From Felis catus (taxonomy: Eukaryota): DNA of 64,000 nt. The first letter of the stretch is position 1; every line of letters begins with the position of its first letter. Shown here one piece after another: positions 50,630 to 63,055 of this stretch. Where the stretch lies: contig NC_058368.1 of the NCBI RefSeq assembly GCF_018350175.1, positions 175,958,001 to 176,022,000 of the forward strand, given 5' to 3'. Under the pieces are notes generated by a model, which worked only from the letters and a program-made list of their open reading frames with translations, made no database searches and was not told the DNA's origin. Position numbers and translations under genes: made by a program.

Positions 50630-51820
50630 TTTTGTTCGCTCCTTCGTTCACTCACTCATTTGTTCCATGCTGTATTTCTGGGGCTAGGTACTAGGAATTT
50701 GTGGTGAATAGACACAGCTCCTGTCCCCAAGGAGCTCAACTTCCCAGGGGAGGAGACGTAAAAACACATGAATGAATCAAGTTATTACTAATTGTGTGTG
50801 CCGTGTGGAGACTTGTAAGGAATGAAAATGGAGAACACCAGGGAAACACCTATTTTAAGACAGTCAGGGGCAGTCTTTCTGAGGAAGTGACATTTTTGCT
50901 GGGACTGAATGATGAAGTGAAGGTGCTATCCACGTAAACTAACGGGACAGTGAGTGATCCGGGCAGAGGGAACAGTGTGTGAAAAGGCCCTGAGGCTGGA
51001 AAGGGAACTGTGTGTCCCTGAAAGTAAAAGAGTAGAATGTCTTAAAACGAGCGAGTCCAAGGAACAGTGTTGCTCAAGGGAAGGCTGGGCAGAGAGACTG
51101 GGGCCAGATGGGATAGGATCTTACAGGCCGTGGGAAAGGATAATGGGAAGCTCAGCCAGGGTCCTCGGCTGGACGTGCTACAGCTCAATGTACCCTCCAA
51201 GATCAGGCCTCAGTCCCTTCACCTGTAAAGTGAAAGTAAATAAGAGAATGCATTAAAAAGTTCCAAGTGCCTCGCCTGGTTGACAAATGGACTGAGGACA
51301 CTCTGAAATGTGAGCTCGTATCAAAATACCCTGGGGTGTTTGTCAAACTCAAGATTGCTGGGCCCCACCCCTGGAGATTCTGACACAATAGGTCTGGGGG
51401 AGGCCCATGAATATGCATTTCTAACACTTCCTTGGTGGGGGGACCCCACTTGGAGAACTCCTGGGTTAGAAAAAACAATTTTTAAAGAAGTGGGAAGTGC
51501 CACCAGGATGCTGTTACAGTTGTTAAGAGCTGGTAGAATCAAACGATGTCAGTGAGGTGGAGAGAAGTGGTCCAGAACAGTTCTAGATGGGAGATAGCAT
51601 GGGCCAGACCAGCTCACGGACTGGAGGTTGGGGATGAGGGAAAAGGAGAAATTGGGCAGGACACTCCTAGGTGAATGGCTTGAGTAAGCAATGATAGTGG
51701 CAGAAACTGAATAGGGAGCCCTCGAGGAGGAGCAGATCTGGAGACAAGGGCTGAGACATGCTAACTCAGATCTCTGTGACCCCAAAATGGCAGGTGTCAG
51801 GCAGGCAGGTGGAGCTTCAA
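50630..51820 (-). mobile_element. LINE-2 fragments with embedded MIR and MER5A
   Basis: ttcgttcactcactcattt...ctcctgtccccaaggagctca...ggcagagggaacagtgtgtgaaaaggccctgagg...ggagaaattgggcagg. Confidence 0.7.
51295..51468. mobile_element. MER5A (hAT-Charlie MITE)
   Basis: agattgctgggccccacccctggagattctga...ggtctgggggaggcccatgaatatgcatttctaaca. Confidence 0.8.
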
Positions 51821-53219
51821 AAGAACAGCAATCATCTCTATCTTGTTTTCTGCTATGTCCCCAGATCTCACCCTGGCATATCCTGCCAACAATAAATATC
51901 CAGTAAGCTTCTGTTATGGGCTGAAGGATAAAGGGAGGCTGAGGAACTAGGATAACCAAAGGCACTCAGGGACCAACACGCCGCCATGCTTGAGGAGGCC
52001 ACAGGCATCTGCTGAGGCTAAACCATCACCTCCTGACCTTGACATGGATGAGTACGTGGGAGGCTGGAGGCAGAACAGAAGACAGAAGGGAGCCACCCAA
52101 TTCACAGTAGGGTTCTTCCTTCAAAAGTCAGAGATGTCACATTTGAGCCTTTCTGGGGTGGGCTTTCGGATAGAAAGGTTTGAACTGTGAGTTTAATGAG
52201 CAGGAAGGCCAGAGGAATCTGGCTAACTTGGGCTTTTTATAAAATAAATCATGGGAAAATGAAGCTGTGCAACTTGGGGAAATGAGGAGGGAGGGATGGG
52301 GAGAAAGGGAGAGAAGAAACAGAGGACCGAACAAGAAAAGCAGCTTACCCAAGACTCCCCACTAAGGGAAGAAGGGGCCGGCCTCTGGAACTTGACCTCC
52401 CAGGCCAACCTCGGCCCTTGGGTCCTCACCACGTTTCCAGCAGGCATGATGGACCCTCGGCCGCCCCATGTACCAAGTTGTAAATTAAAAGGCTGTGACT
52501 CCAGCCAGGGGTTCTGGTGACATCATAAACCACAGAACCACAAGCTCAGCTCACCAGAAGCCCCGAGATGGAATTACACCCTTTCTTCCTAATCCAGGCA
52601 GCTCTGGTCACTGCCGTTTTTTTTCATGATATAATAGAAGTAAGCAATATTTTCGCCATTTGTGTGTGGCCTTTCTCATACAGCCACAAGGCCCCCTCTC
52701 TCGTGTCCCCTCCTTTCCATCTCCTGCCCCACTACAGACCCTCCTCCTAAGGGGTCTCCCACAGAGATGCCCCTGCTTTCCAAGGCTGCGGCCCCTCCAG
52801 ACCCTCTCCTCTTCCCTCTTCCCTCCAGATCCCTTCGGTTCTTCTGTCTCCTCCCATGAGCCAGTGGTGCCCTGACTTCTACCTTAAATCTGTTTGTTCA
52901 ACAGAACCCCAGTCTCTTCTGGGCCCAGGTCTGTCCTGGAGAACACACCCCAGAGGTCTAGAATACATTCCCAGAAGCGGCACGAGAATGAACTCACATT
53001 TTAAATAAATCAGGGAAGTTTACAGCTTCACGGAGAATTCTCCTTTCACTATGTTTTTGCTTTTGATTCTTAATTTTCATAAAGTATTGCTTAACGCAAA
53101 GCATACCTGGGCATCACGTTACCTTTTACCCCTGCTTCCCCATCTTAAGCTTAACGCCAGTACTCAGGTTCCTTTAGGAGCCTCACGTAGGGGAAGAAGT
53201 CACAAGGGAGGACAATCAT

Positions 53220-53420
53220 TAAAGCAGCTACCACTGGATGAGTACCTCTTATGTCTCAGATACTTAAATTATTCTTCATCCCTTTCACAGAGTTACTATT
53301 TTCCTCATTTTATGGAGGAGAGAAACTGAGGCCCAGGATATGGAGTATTTTGCCCAAAGTCCCGCAGTTTCTAAGCAAGGCCCTTGGATCTGACCCCTAT
53401 TTGCTGGACTCAAAAATCTA
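53220..53420 (-). mobile_element. MIR
   Basis: cctcattttatggaggagagaaactgaggccc...ttgcccaaagtcc. Confidence 0.7.
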
Positions 53421-54699
53421 CATATATATGCTCACTCAGTGTCCCCCGCCCTGAGTAAAATATTTTGAGAATACAGGTTGCATATGATAAGGACTGATCA
53501 TATGCACTGGCTGATCTTCATGCACCATGATTTTTTTTTTCAGAGAGGATGAAAGTTCTACTCTATTTTAGGGTACACTAAGAGTCAAAAAACACATTCC
53601 GATGTCCTATGTATTGGTTTAGAAAAAGCAAATTATTGCAAATGATTTCCCCCAAACCGAAAACAAAAAGTTTAACGCTACATTGATATACCTTGGTAGT
53701 AAGGAGGTAGACCAGTGACTCTTTTGATAAAGCGTCACCCACGAAACACCAGTATACGACGCGGCAGATTTCAAAAGAGTTCACACGCACAAGCCCGGCC
53801 GTCCATGCTGTGTGGCAGGTGCAGGGCAAACCCTGGGCATGCTGGAGAGGGTCCTAGGTAGGAGGGGGCAGGCCATGGGGACAGCTTGGAGATGGCCTCC
53901 AAAGGCAAGAAACAGAAGAGGTGCCAAGAGTCAACGCGTCAGAGGTTAAATGACTTGAGGACTTGCTAAAATTTGATGATGTCATAGCTGAACCCAAGGC
54001 TGCGGGTCGCGTACTTCATAACAGAACAAGGAACCTATCCGACATCATTTCAGAACGCTATCTGCAAACATTTGAGGACACAGCAGTCTTGGAGAAAAGT
54101 TGGTCTAGAACAGAAAAAAAAAAAAAAAGTCAGAGGAAAAAACGCCTCTCCCGAAAATGCGTCTCTGCCTAATGAAGCACGTGCTTGGGATGGTTTAAGA
54201 AAGATGTGTGTGAGGCGATGACCTAATTTTTCTTCCTCTACCATCAGGGACAGTAAATAACATCTTCCCAGAGAATACAAGTGGGGAAACACTGTCAGCA
54301 TATATTATACGCAGTTGCAAAGCGGAAGCGAGTGCCACAACAGGCAGGCGTCTTGCTTCTCCAAATTCAAAGTGAGACGAAAAAAATCTAGCCGCGAAGG
54401 ACAATGTATTCATTCCCGGCAGCAAACATTTAATTACCAAATTAATCCCATATCACTGTACTGCACTATGGAAAATCAGCAGCAGCTTCTAAATGTAGGA
54501 AGACGATGGATGCGAAAACATCTTGTGGGTTTTCCTCCCAGACTGAACGTCCACGGCCCCGCTGGTTGAGCTCACATACAAGAGCCTGCGGGCAAAGGTG
54601 GCCTCGATCAACTACAGAGAAAACACCAAACCTTCCTGACAGAGTGTAGTAAACACTTAATAAGTGACAGATATCACGAGCCTGTCTCCCTCCATCACT

Positions 54700-55020
54700 G
54701 TGTTTGTGCCAGCTAGAACTCTTGCCAAAGATAGAAAATTTTAGCTCAAACTTAGTTCACAGAACTGCAAAGTCCAGCGGAGTACCAGCCTCAGGTACAG
54801 CTTGATCTAGAGACTCAATGGCACTGACAGGCCCTAGAGTCTCAGCCTCTCTCTCTCTCTCTCTATCTCTATCTCTATCTCTAGTCTCTCCTCCCTCTAG
54901 GGTGGTTCCATTCTCAGATAAACTCTCCCCTCATGGTCCCAAGATGTCTGCAGCCACAGCAGCCTATATCCTCTCAGGTTCAAGTCCAGCTGGAAAGTAC
55001 ACAACCTGTGTCTCAACAGA
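54700..55020 (-). mobile_element. Old MLT1 LTR with (CT)n/(CTAT)n tract
   Basis: cctcaggtacagcttgatctagagactcaat...catggtcccaagatgtctgcagcc. Confidence 0.55.
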
Positions 55021-56149
55021 GCCACACAAACTCAAGAAGTCAACGTGACCGCGTGCACAAGATGAGAAGAAGGTATATGTTCTTTCAAGTAAATGGATGG
55101 ACTGTGGGGGTATTCCCATATCTGCCCAAATTAGAGGGGCCTCCCCTTTGGACACAAAACCTTCACTCCTGTGATGTCAGTCTGTTGAAGCACTTTGTCA
55201 AAACAGCAATTCTGATGTGATGAGGCCACGTGGCTCAACTCTGCCTGAAATCTGAAACCGTGGCAATGCCGAGCTTCCCCATCTCACATACTCCTCACCC
55301 CCAAGCCCCAGTCTGACACTCTCTTGGCTCCTTCCTCCAAGCACCACCGGGAAAATCTGGCTTTAGTTGTTCCCATACCTTCTGGCATCATGTTAGATCA
55401 AGTCCTGCTCTTTTCTAAATACTTGATGAAAACTTGCTTCCTCAGCTGCCCATATCGCCATCCCTCAACAAGAAAGTGCTGGAAGACATGACCTGCCCAG
55501 CGCACACATATTTTCTGAATGCCATGGTTCCACGGGGTTCACTATCTAATGCACCTGCGGAGCTGGAAACCAAGAAATCTCCCCAACACGCTTGTCCCCT
55601 TAGCTTTACTCCCAAGCTATTTTTGGCCCAGGTAAACCGTGCTCTCTTTAAGGACTTGACTCAAATGTCACCCGAATCTCCAAAACTGGGGTGAGTCATT
55701 CCTACTCTCGACTCCTGGACCATCTGGCTTATGCCCATAACAGTGCTGAGCTGAGATTGTTGGGTTTCCCACTCACATCTTCCCCCACCTGCCTACGCTT
55801 AGCACAGCACCCAACACAGAGTTCCAGGTCGGCACATGTTGGCTAAATGAGTTCCCACTAGAATGACAGGGTGAATATCCATACCTGAGAACCCCGTCAT
55901 CTTCACGACTCCCCTGCAGTGATTCCTGATGTGTGCCCTACATCCTCGTGGCTCAAAGTAAGAAGCAAAGCCATAGGACTGGGCTTTCTCTTCTTCCTGT
56001 CTTATCCAATTCGATGCCACTGAACATGGCCAAAAATGATATAAGAATGACAATATAGTGGTTCTAGATTTAAGGAGGAAAATAAGCCATTTGATAAACA
56101 CTTATCAAGTGCTTCTCACAGGCAAGGTGCTGAAAAGGAAAGTGGGTGT

Positions 56150-56510
56150 ATGTATTAGTCAGGTTAGGCTAGGTTTTGCTACAGTAACAAAGAATCCCTA
56201 AATCCCGGCAGCTTTTAACAACGAAGGTCTATTTCTTTCTCATGCTCCACACCCAATGTAGGTTGGCAAGGGCACCCAGGCTACTATAGTAACTGCTGTC
56301 TCGAATATAGTTGGTCAGCATCCCAGGGGCATTAAAACCCTGGGGGTCATTGACTGGCAGTCAAATGACATACGTCATTCCCATTCACCACTCACTTCCC
56401 AGAACTAGGCCTCATCCAACCATAAGGAGACCGGAAAGTGCAACCCTACCGTGTGCCGGAAGGCAGAGAACTAGAAATATTCGTGAGCCGCACTCACGAT
56501 GCCCATAGTA
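56150..56510 (-). mobile_element. Old MLT1 LTR
   Basis: tgtattagtcaggttaggctaggttttgctacagtaacaaag...ccagaactagg...gaaagtgcaaccctaccgtgtgccgga. Confidence 0.7.
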
Positions 56511-56791
56511 GGTAAGTTCTGGGCCTTGGGCCTTGTCTTTGAGGAGGCATGAATAACATGTAGAAGGGGAATAAAAAAGGGCAGCGTTCATATGAAGGAG
56601 GGAAGAAAGGTGAGGGTGGGCAATGCCGGGGTGGAACGTGTGTGTCCCAGGAGTGTGTGACAGTCTGCCGAACCTGGGGCTACCATCTGTTACCATCTGT
56701 TACGCGTGTAGTATGCACCTGCTAAGCTCTTGTGCGAAGCCTTCAGATCAAGGTAGGGTGCTCAGGAGGCCGGCAGTGTGGAAACCCACTC

Positions 56792-56838
56792 CGGCCAACA
56801 GGCAAACAGGCCAACAGGCAAACAGGCCAACAGGCAAA
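56792..56838. repeat. Tandem repeat, 8-bp unit with 16-bp higher order (CCAACAGG-CAAACAGG)
   Basis: ggccaacaggcaaacaggccaacaggcaaacaggccaacaggcaaa. Confidence 0.9.
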
Positions 56839-58169
56839 AATGGCGGTGCTGGAAGGCTCCAGGGGAGCTCACAGAACGAGAGGAAAAGCAGATGAACTAG
56901 GCCTTCAGCTCTAGGGCCGTCGGCCGCGGAGCCGAACGTCAGCCTCTTCGGCTCCGATGTCTCCTGTCTTCTTACCACGCAGGTTTCGGGTTCCCAGCAG
57001 CGAGGCTACAGCCCGACTGGGTCTGGGGTGCACCATCAGCAAAGGAGGCCCAGGGTGCTGGACGGTGACCCCGCTAAGACTGCATGTGTGCTGTAAGGAT
57101 GCACCCCGGAGGGGAACCAAGGTGTTGCTTCTAGAATAAGGGGTAGTGACTGGTGACGCTCAGGCAAAACAGATGTTCAAAGAGCACGTTAAATCCAAAA
57201 TGGGTCCTCACGAGCATGACATGGGCATCAACCAGCTCCTTTTTCACACCAGGCAGCTGAGCACTGGAGCCTCAGGGATGTCCCAACATCGCTCATCTGG
57301 TGAGTGTCAGAGGCCTGACGCCATGGGACCCCAGGGCCCGTGACTTTACCACTGTGATTCTGCGGCCTTACACAGATCTGGTGGCAACTTTCTGTTGCCC
57401 TTTTTTTCAAGATGCAGGAAAATGAGGAGAAGGAATTTGAAATGGCCATATTACTTCCTACTAGGCAGGCAAGCATCATATCCATAGAACACTTTGTGGT
57501 CTACAAAGTGCTTTCACACATACAGTCCTCCTTACACAGTGTGAGGAGGGCAGACTTCTATCATCCATTCCATTTATTTGATGAAAACATGGGACCCAGA
57601 TCAAATGACTGGCCGGAAGCTGGTGAGGGCGGGCCCAGCATCTCTAGGTCTTGTTCTCCAGTTGGAGATGCTGACCTGGCTGGGGCTTCACTGGCAGGTG
57701 TGGGACTCAGTTTGCCGGTCTACGGCATGGGGCTAGCGGGCTGTGGTCAGCTCCAGAGCCAGAGAACAGAATGGTGCTTGGGACTGACCAGGCACATGAG
57801 ACACATGGGAACCCAGAGTCTCTAAAGAGAGAGCTTGGTCTCCCAGCCTCACCAGGGGGCTCCAAGGGCAAGTTCTCTGTTGCTGAGGTCTTACTTAAAG
57901 GTGTTAATGGAAAAGGGGAAGTGTAACTGCAGGGAAGCTCAACTTTCTGTGTCCCTCCCGTTCCTGACTTAGATCACTAGCAGATAGATGTTTCATGCTA
58001 TAAAACAGAAAGCTGAGGGCAAATTTTCATAGCATTGGGAATGTCTATAGAAGTGAGTTAAAATAAAATAATGGAAGAGCTGAGTATTAAAGCTTCCCTG
58101 GCACTTGACCTCAGCTTCCGTGCTGGATGGAACCAGACGCTCCTGCTTCTCCGAAGCTGGGAGGGAGTA

Positions 58170-58510
58170 AATATGGTGGTTGGAACTGACCATATGTCCC
58201 TGGTGTCCCACTGTCTGGGCTCAAATCCCAGCATCACTGCTTGCGACTCTGTGATTCTGGGTGAGTTATTCTTTTCTCTGAGCCCATTTCCCTCTTAGTT
58301 AAACATACCCACTTTGTGGGCAGAAAGATAAGTGGGCTAATCCACAGAAAGCACTTAGAACAGCACACAGAGGCACTCAAAGACATCCAATAAATGGTAA
58401 GTCAGACAGAATGAATGGCCTGTCCAAAGGTACACAACTAGGGTGTGGGGTAGTGAGGGCCCACACCCAGATCAGAGTCCGGATTCTGAATGATTCTTCC
58501 CACCAAGCCA
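58170..58510. mobile_element. Two MIR fragments in opposite orientation
   Basis: ctgggctcaaatcccagc...aaagcacttagaacag; then tgtccaaaggtacacaactagg. Confidence 0.6.
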
Positions 58511-59424
58511 TGTTGCCTCTCAGAGCCACGCGGCTTCTCAGAGCAGACTTAGGTTTCTGGTGGAATGGGGTCAATTCGTGTCTCATGTCCCTTCCCATTG
58601 AAGCCGCGGCTCTGTCATCATCCCATCTTCAATGGACTTGTCCCCTTGGTGAGAAGAAAGCATAATCCTTAGTGTAGATCTTTTTGTTAAACTCACCTAG
58701 CCTTGTAGTTGTCAGCCCTTCCCCAACCCCTTAAAGGGGGCTCTGTAGGCTCGGAACAATGCAGAGAATAGTGCTTTTTGCACAGAAAGTGCCCACTTAC
58801 ATAGAGGAGAAAATCTCTTCCATGGAGAGTCCTCTAGCTTGACCCTGAGGCAAACTGATTGAACAATTAGAAGACACCCTATCTCTTGTAATAGGGAGTC
58901 AAGAGATGGTGTGGGCTTCAGGTATGGTACGATCAGGGCTCTATCTGAACGTCTCTGTGCAGCAACTTCTTGCAGCAGAAGACCTTGTTCACTTGTTTTA
59001 TCAGGGGAGAGAGGGAGGATGTCATATCTCACTCCAGCTTTGGCTACATACCCATCCTGACCCAGTAACTGTTGCTGAGGCAATGCCACATGATCTCTGG
59101 TTCGAATCCAAGTCCCTGAACCAATTACTGGGAATCATCCTACGTCAATCAGGCCCTTGGGATGGGGATGGGCTCGGATTTTCCTCCAGGGAGAAGTGGA
59201 AACCAAAAACACAGTTCTGTTGCAGTGGAGGAAGGAAGAGTAGATGGTGGGTACAGCCAACAATGCCCACCGTGGGACACAAGGACAGCGGAGGGCAGGG
59301 GCGGCACAGTGAGACCTCTGTGCCTAGGAATCCAGGGGAAAATCTCAAAAAAAAAGTCCCATCTCTTAAGTTAAAACTGCACGATGAGATCGCCGCATGT
59401 AATTTAGGAGGAAAGGGCCACAAC

Positions 59425-59660
59425 AGTTACTATTTATTGAGCAGCATCAGCTCAACACTGACGTGGGGGCTTTCTCTCCGGGTTCTTCACTAACTTAATC
59501 CTCACAGCAGCCCTTAGAATTTGGAACTGACCCTCCCGTTTCACAGATGAGAAAACAAGGCTCTGGGCACTAGGGTGACTTACTCAAAGTCACACAACTG
59601 AGAGGGACACAGTGGGAAAACAAACTTGGATCTCTGCGTGGAAAAAGCCCCAGCACACCA
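59425..59660 (-). mobile_element. MIR
   Basis: tatttattgagc...ttaatcctcacagcagccct...tttcacagatgagaaaacaagg...actcaaagtcacacaact. Confidence 0.8.
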
Positions 59661-59775
59661 CTTTGCTTGGTATACTGCAAGGAACAAAAGTAGGATGTGT
59701 GAGTTAATTTCAAATGAATCTAATACTATTGTTGGAAAGCAGGAAATAAATGACCTTCAGCCTCTGGGTGCATGG

Positions 59776-59779
<4 letters not shown>

Positions 59780-59822
<43 letters not shown>
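59780..59822. repeat. (CA)n microsatellite
   Basis: ~21 units. Confidence 0.95.
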
Positions 59823-59823
<1 letters not shown>

Positions 59824-60319
59824 TGTTAAAATTTAAAAATAAAATGCAAAGTGGGACGAGGAGAATTGGGGGAATTCTGAGGAAGCCACCATACATGCTT
59901 CTCTCTGAACGCACAAAATCCTACTTAGATTTAGGGTGGGATCATGGGACCCCCCCCCCCTTCCTCCACCCTCAGCCAGGGCCAACTTGTCACATTGGAC
60001 ATCACTGTGGGAGTGATTTAAAAGGTTATTTTTTGCTAATGGGATCTTTGAAAAGGAGATATGTTTTGGCCCAGCCTGTCCATCACCTAGACGGGCATCT
60101 ACAGTATTAAAATGGGCGTATGTACTAAAGTGAATTTTCCTGGTGAGGAGCACTTGACTGCACGGGGTTTTTTTTTGTGTGTGCGGGTGGGAGTGGGAGC
60201 TTGGCTCATGGGATAATGGCCATCTGTGGGGCTTAATTGAGAAGGTGGCCCTGTGGCTGTCCCCATGGGCTGCTACAGTCTGCATCCACTCCCCTGCCCC
60301 TGCAGTGGGGGTCGAGGTG

Positions 60320-60796
60320 GACTGCCTTCCTCTTGCCCACTCTAACAAAGCACCACAAACTTGGGGGCTTAACATAATCCAAATGTCTTATCTAGAAATA
60401 CTGGAAGGCAGAAGTCCAAATTGAGTCTTACGTGGCTAAAATCAAGGTGTCATCAAATCTGTGTTCCTTCGGGAGGCTCTAAGGGGAAAATCTGTTTCCT
60501 TGTCTTTTCCGGCTTCTAGAGGCTTCCTGCATTTCTTGGCTAGTGGCCTCTTCTTCCGCCTTCAAAGCCAGTACAGCAACATCTGCTCCCACTATCACAT
60601 CTCTCTGCCTTTGACCCTTGCCTCCCTCTTATTAGAATCTTTGTGTCTCCTGGGCCCATCTCGATGAACTAGGATAATCTTCCCATCTCAAGATTCTCAA
60701 TCACACCTACGAAGTCATTTTTGCCACGTAACGTAACATAGTCACGGGTTTAGGGGATCAGGACATGGTCATTGGGGGGGAGGGGACATTACCACA
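60320..60796 (-). mobile_element. MLT1C/D solo LTR
   Basis: taacaaagcaccacaaacttgggggctt...ggctaaaatcaaggtgtc...ggcttctagaggc...ggataatcttcccatctcaaga...ttttgccacgtaacgtaacatagtcac. Confidence 0.85.
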
Positions 60797-61379
60797 TTAA
60801 GGATAATAAAAAAAGGCAGCAACTTATATAGTTCCATGACCCACCATTAAGGACTCAGACGCTGTCTTTAATGGATCAGCTTAGAAGGGGAAACTAGCAG
60901 AGGAATATCTTGCACATCATTGCTTTCATTTGAGATTTTCTATTTTAGTTTGATAACCTTTAATGGAGAGAATTTTGAGACTCTATACACATACGTGCAA
61001 ACACAGTGACTAGGAAAATGAGGAAACTGGCTAGATGATTCAGGATCCTCCTAATTATTTATTAGGCTGAATATTTCCAGATAAATTCCCCTCCCATCCA
61101 GATAGTTTGAACTTGAATGGCCGTTTCCCTTTCCATGAGCAGACCCCAGGTGTGTCTTTTTCCTGTCCCCTCCTACCTGTGACTACTAGGAGGCTGGGCA
61201 CAGGTGGCTCTGTGAGCAGACAGGGAGCTGGGCGAGGGCAGGGGTGGCCGGGGTGAAGGCATGGAAAGAACGTAATAATACACATAACTATCAACTATTA
61301 TCAAAACAAATATGCCTTTAATACTTACCAAGACAAAATATGTCCATATGCCACCTAGAATACTCCCAGTTATTACCCA

Positions 61380-61500
61380 TGTCAGACTTTTCAAACTCTG
61401 TGCATACAAATTGCCTGGGGACTCTTGTTAAAATGCAGATTCTAATTCAGTCCAGTCTGGGGTGAGGTGTGAAATGCTGTATTTTCAAGCAACAAGTGGT
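61380..61500. mobile_element. MER5-like MITE fragment
   Basis: ttgttaaaatgcagattctaattcagtccagtctggggtgagg. Confidence 0.65.
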
Positions 61501-61629
61501 AACTTAAGGTTCGGCAGACCATATCCATCCCCCACCCTCCCCTCAGCTACCTCCACAGGACTGGAACCCTTTTTATTCCCTCTCAACGTTCTCTTCCCCC
61601 CATCCAGCAAAGACAAGGCTGGAATTTAG

Positions 61630-61972
61630 CTACCATGGCCATCATTAGTGCTGTTCACCCAATTATTTCCACTTCTCCCCTTTGAACACACGGATTGTAC
61701 TTCCTGGTCCCCTGATGGTTGGGTGGAGCCTAGGTCTGGCCCGTGATTTGAGTGAACGTGACACATGTCCTTTAATTAATTGTTCTCTTCCCATCTGGGA
61801 CGGTGACTGACCATACTGAAGACGAGGGTGGCTTCTCCAGCAGCCTGGGTGCCCTAGCCAACCCACGATGGACGTGTAGTGTGAGAAAGAAAGAAACCTT
61901 TGTTGTTAAAAGCCCCTGGGACTTAGGGGTTCTTTGTTACGGCAGCAAAACCGAGCCTAACCTGTCTGATAC
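61630..61972 (+). mobile_element. Old MLT1 LTR
   Basis: gattgtacttcctggtcccc...gtgtgagaaagaaagaaacctttgttgttaaaagcc...ctaacctgtctgataca. Confidence 0.65.
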
Positions 61973-62845
61973 ATACACTCTAATGTCCTACACTTTACTC
62001 TTCAGCACTTCGTATGGCGGAAGCAGCTGGTCTTCTGTCAAATGGCTTATTTTCTTTCCAAACCTACAACTATCCTTTTGGGCCATGTTTAGTGGCACAG
62101 AATCTGTGCCAGAAGAAGAGGGAAAAAAAAAAACCCATCATGTTTCCCTGATTCTTACTGAGCACATGTCAGCTGAAGTGGGACCCAAACACCACTTCCT
62201 CTAAACTTCTTCAAAGGCCTACATTTTTCCATGCCAGCTCTGGTTCCCGGTAACTTTCTACTATACAGTCTCATTCTGAAGGTATTACACGAGCCTGCCA
62301 AGGGGGAGTGAAGTGTGGTCCACCATTCCATGAAACAAATGTGTTCCCAGATAACTGGCCGGGCTGATGTGGGAAGGGTTCCCTCAGCACAGATGGCAAT
62401 TTCTTCCATATGTGATAACATCACCTCTCACTAGACCACAAATCCAGAAACTGTGTAAACTGAACAAGGGACTCTGGGGGAAGCACCCAAGTGCAGTGGA
62501 GAAAGCGGTGAACTAGGACTACGAAATGTGTGCTCTAATCCAAATTCTGCCATCCTGTGTGTCCACCAGCTTCTCTTGAGGGCCAGTGAAAGAAATCCGA
62601 CTCCTACAACTCAACATGAAAAATAGAAATGAAAACCTCTTGAAGTTCCCAAAAAAATGTCAAGAAGAAACTATCTGCCTCTGTGACAGCATTCTGCTTT
62701 CTGTTGGCTCTGTTCTCAGATCTGCTTTCTCCGAGTGGCAGCAAAGTGGTCAGAGCATGTGGAGGCTTATACTCCAGCAGCCGAGCAACCTAGGAGGAAG
62801 GAACACCCTCTCTTCCAAAGGTTCCATCAAAAGTCCCCGAATGGA

Positions 62846-63055
62846 GGGGCGCCTGGGTGGCTCAGTTGGTTAAGCATCCAACTTTGGCTCGGTCATGATC
62901 TCGCAGTTCGTGAGTTTGAGCCCTGCATTGAGCTCTGTGCTGACGGCTCGGAGCCTGGAGCCTGCTTTGGATTCTGTGTCTCCCTCTCTCTCTGTCCCTT
63001 CCCTGCTCATGCTCTCTCTCTCAAAAATAAATAAACATTTAAAAAAATGTTTTTT
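62846..63055 (+). mobile_element. CAN-SINE inside an old MLT1 LTR (~62580-63310, minus)
   Basis: SINEC body; flanks cattggtctggtttcagtcacatgcccatccctgaaccaacca are MLT1-like. Confidence 0.9.

Noticed and set aside
57845..57863. CTCF-like CTCACCAGGGGGCTCC
   Set aside because: Mismatch at a strongly conserved core position; a single motif is insufficient.
58906..59493. 195-aa ORF
   Set aside because: Spans LTR-like and MIR sequence; no homology or splice support.
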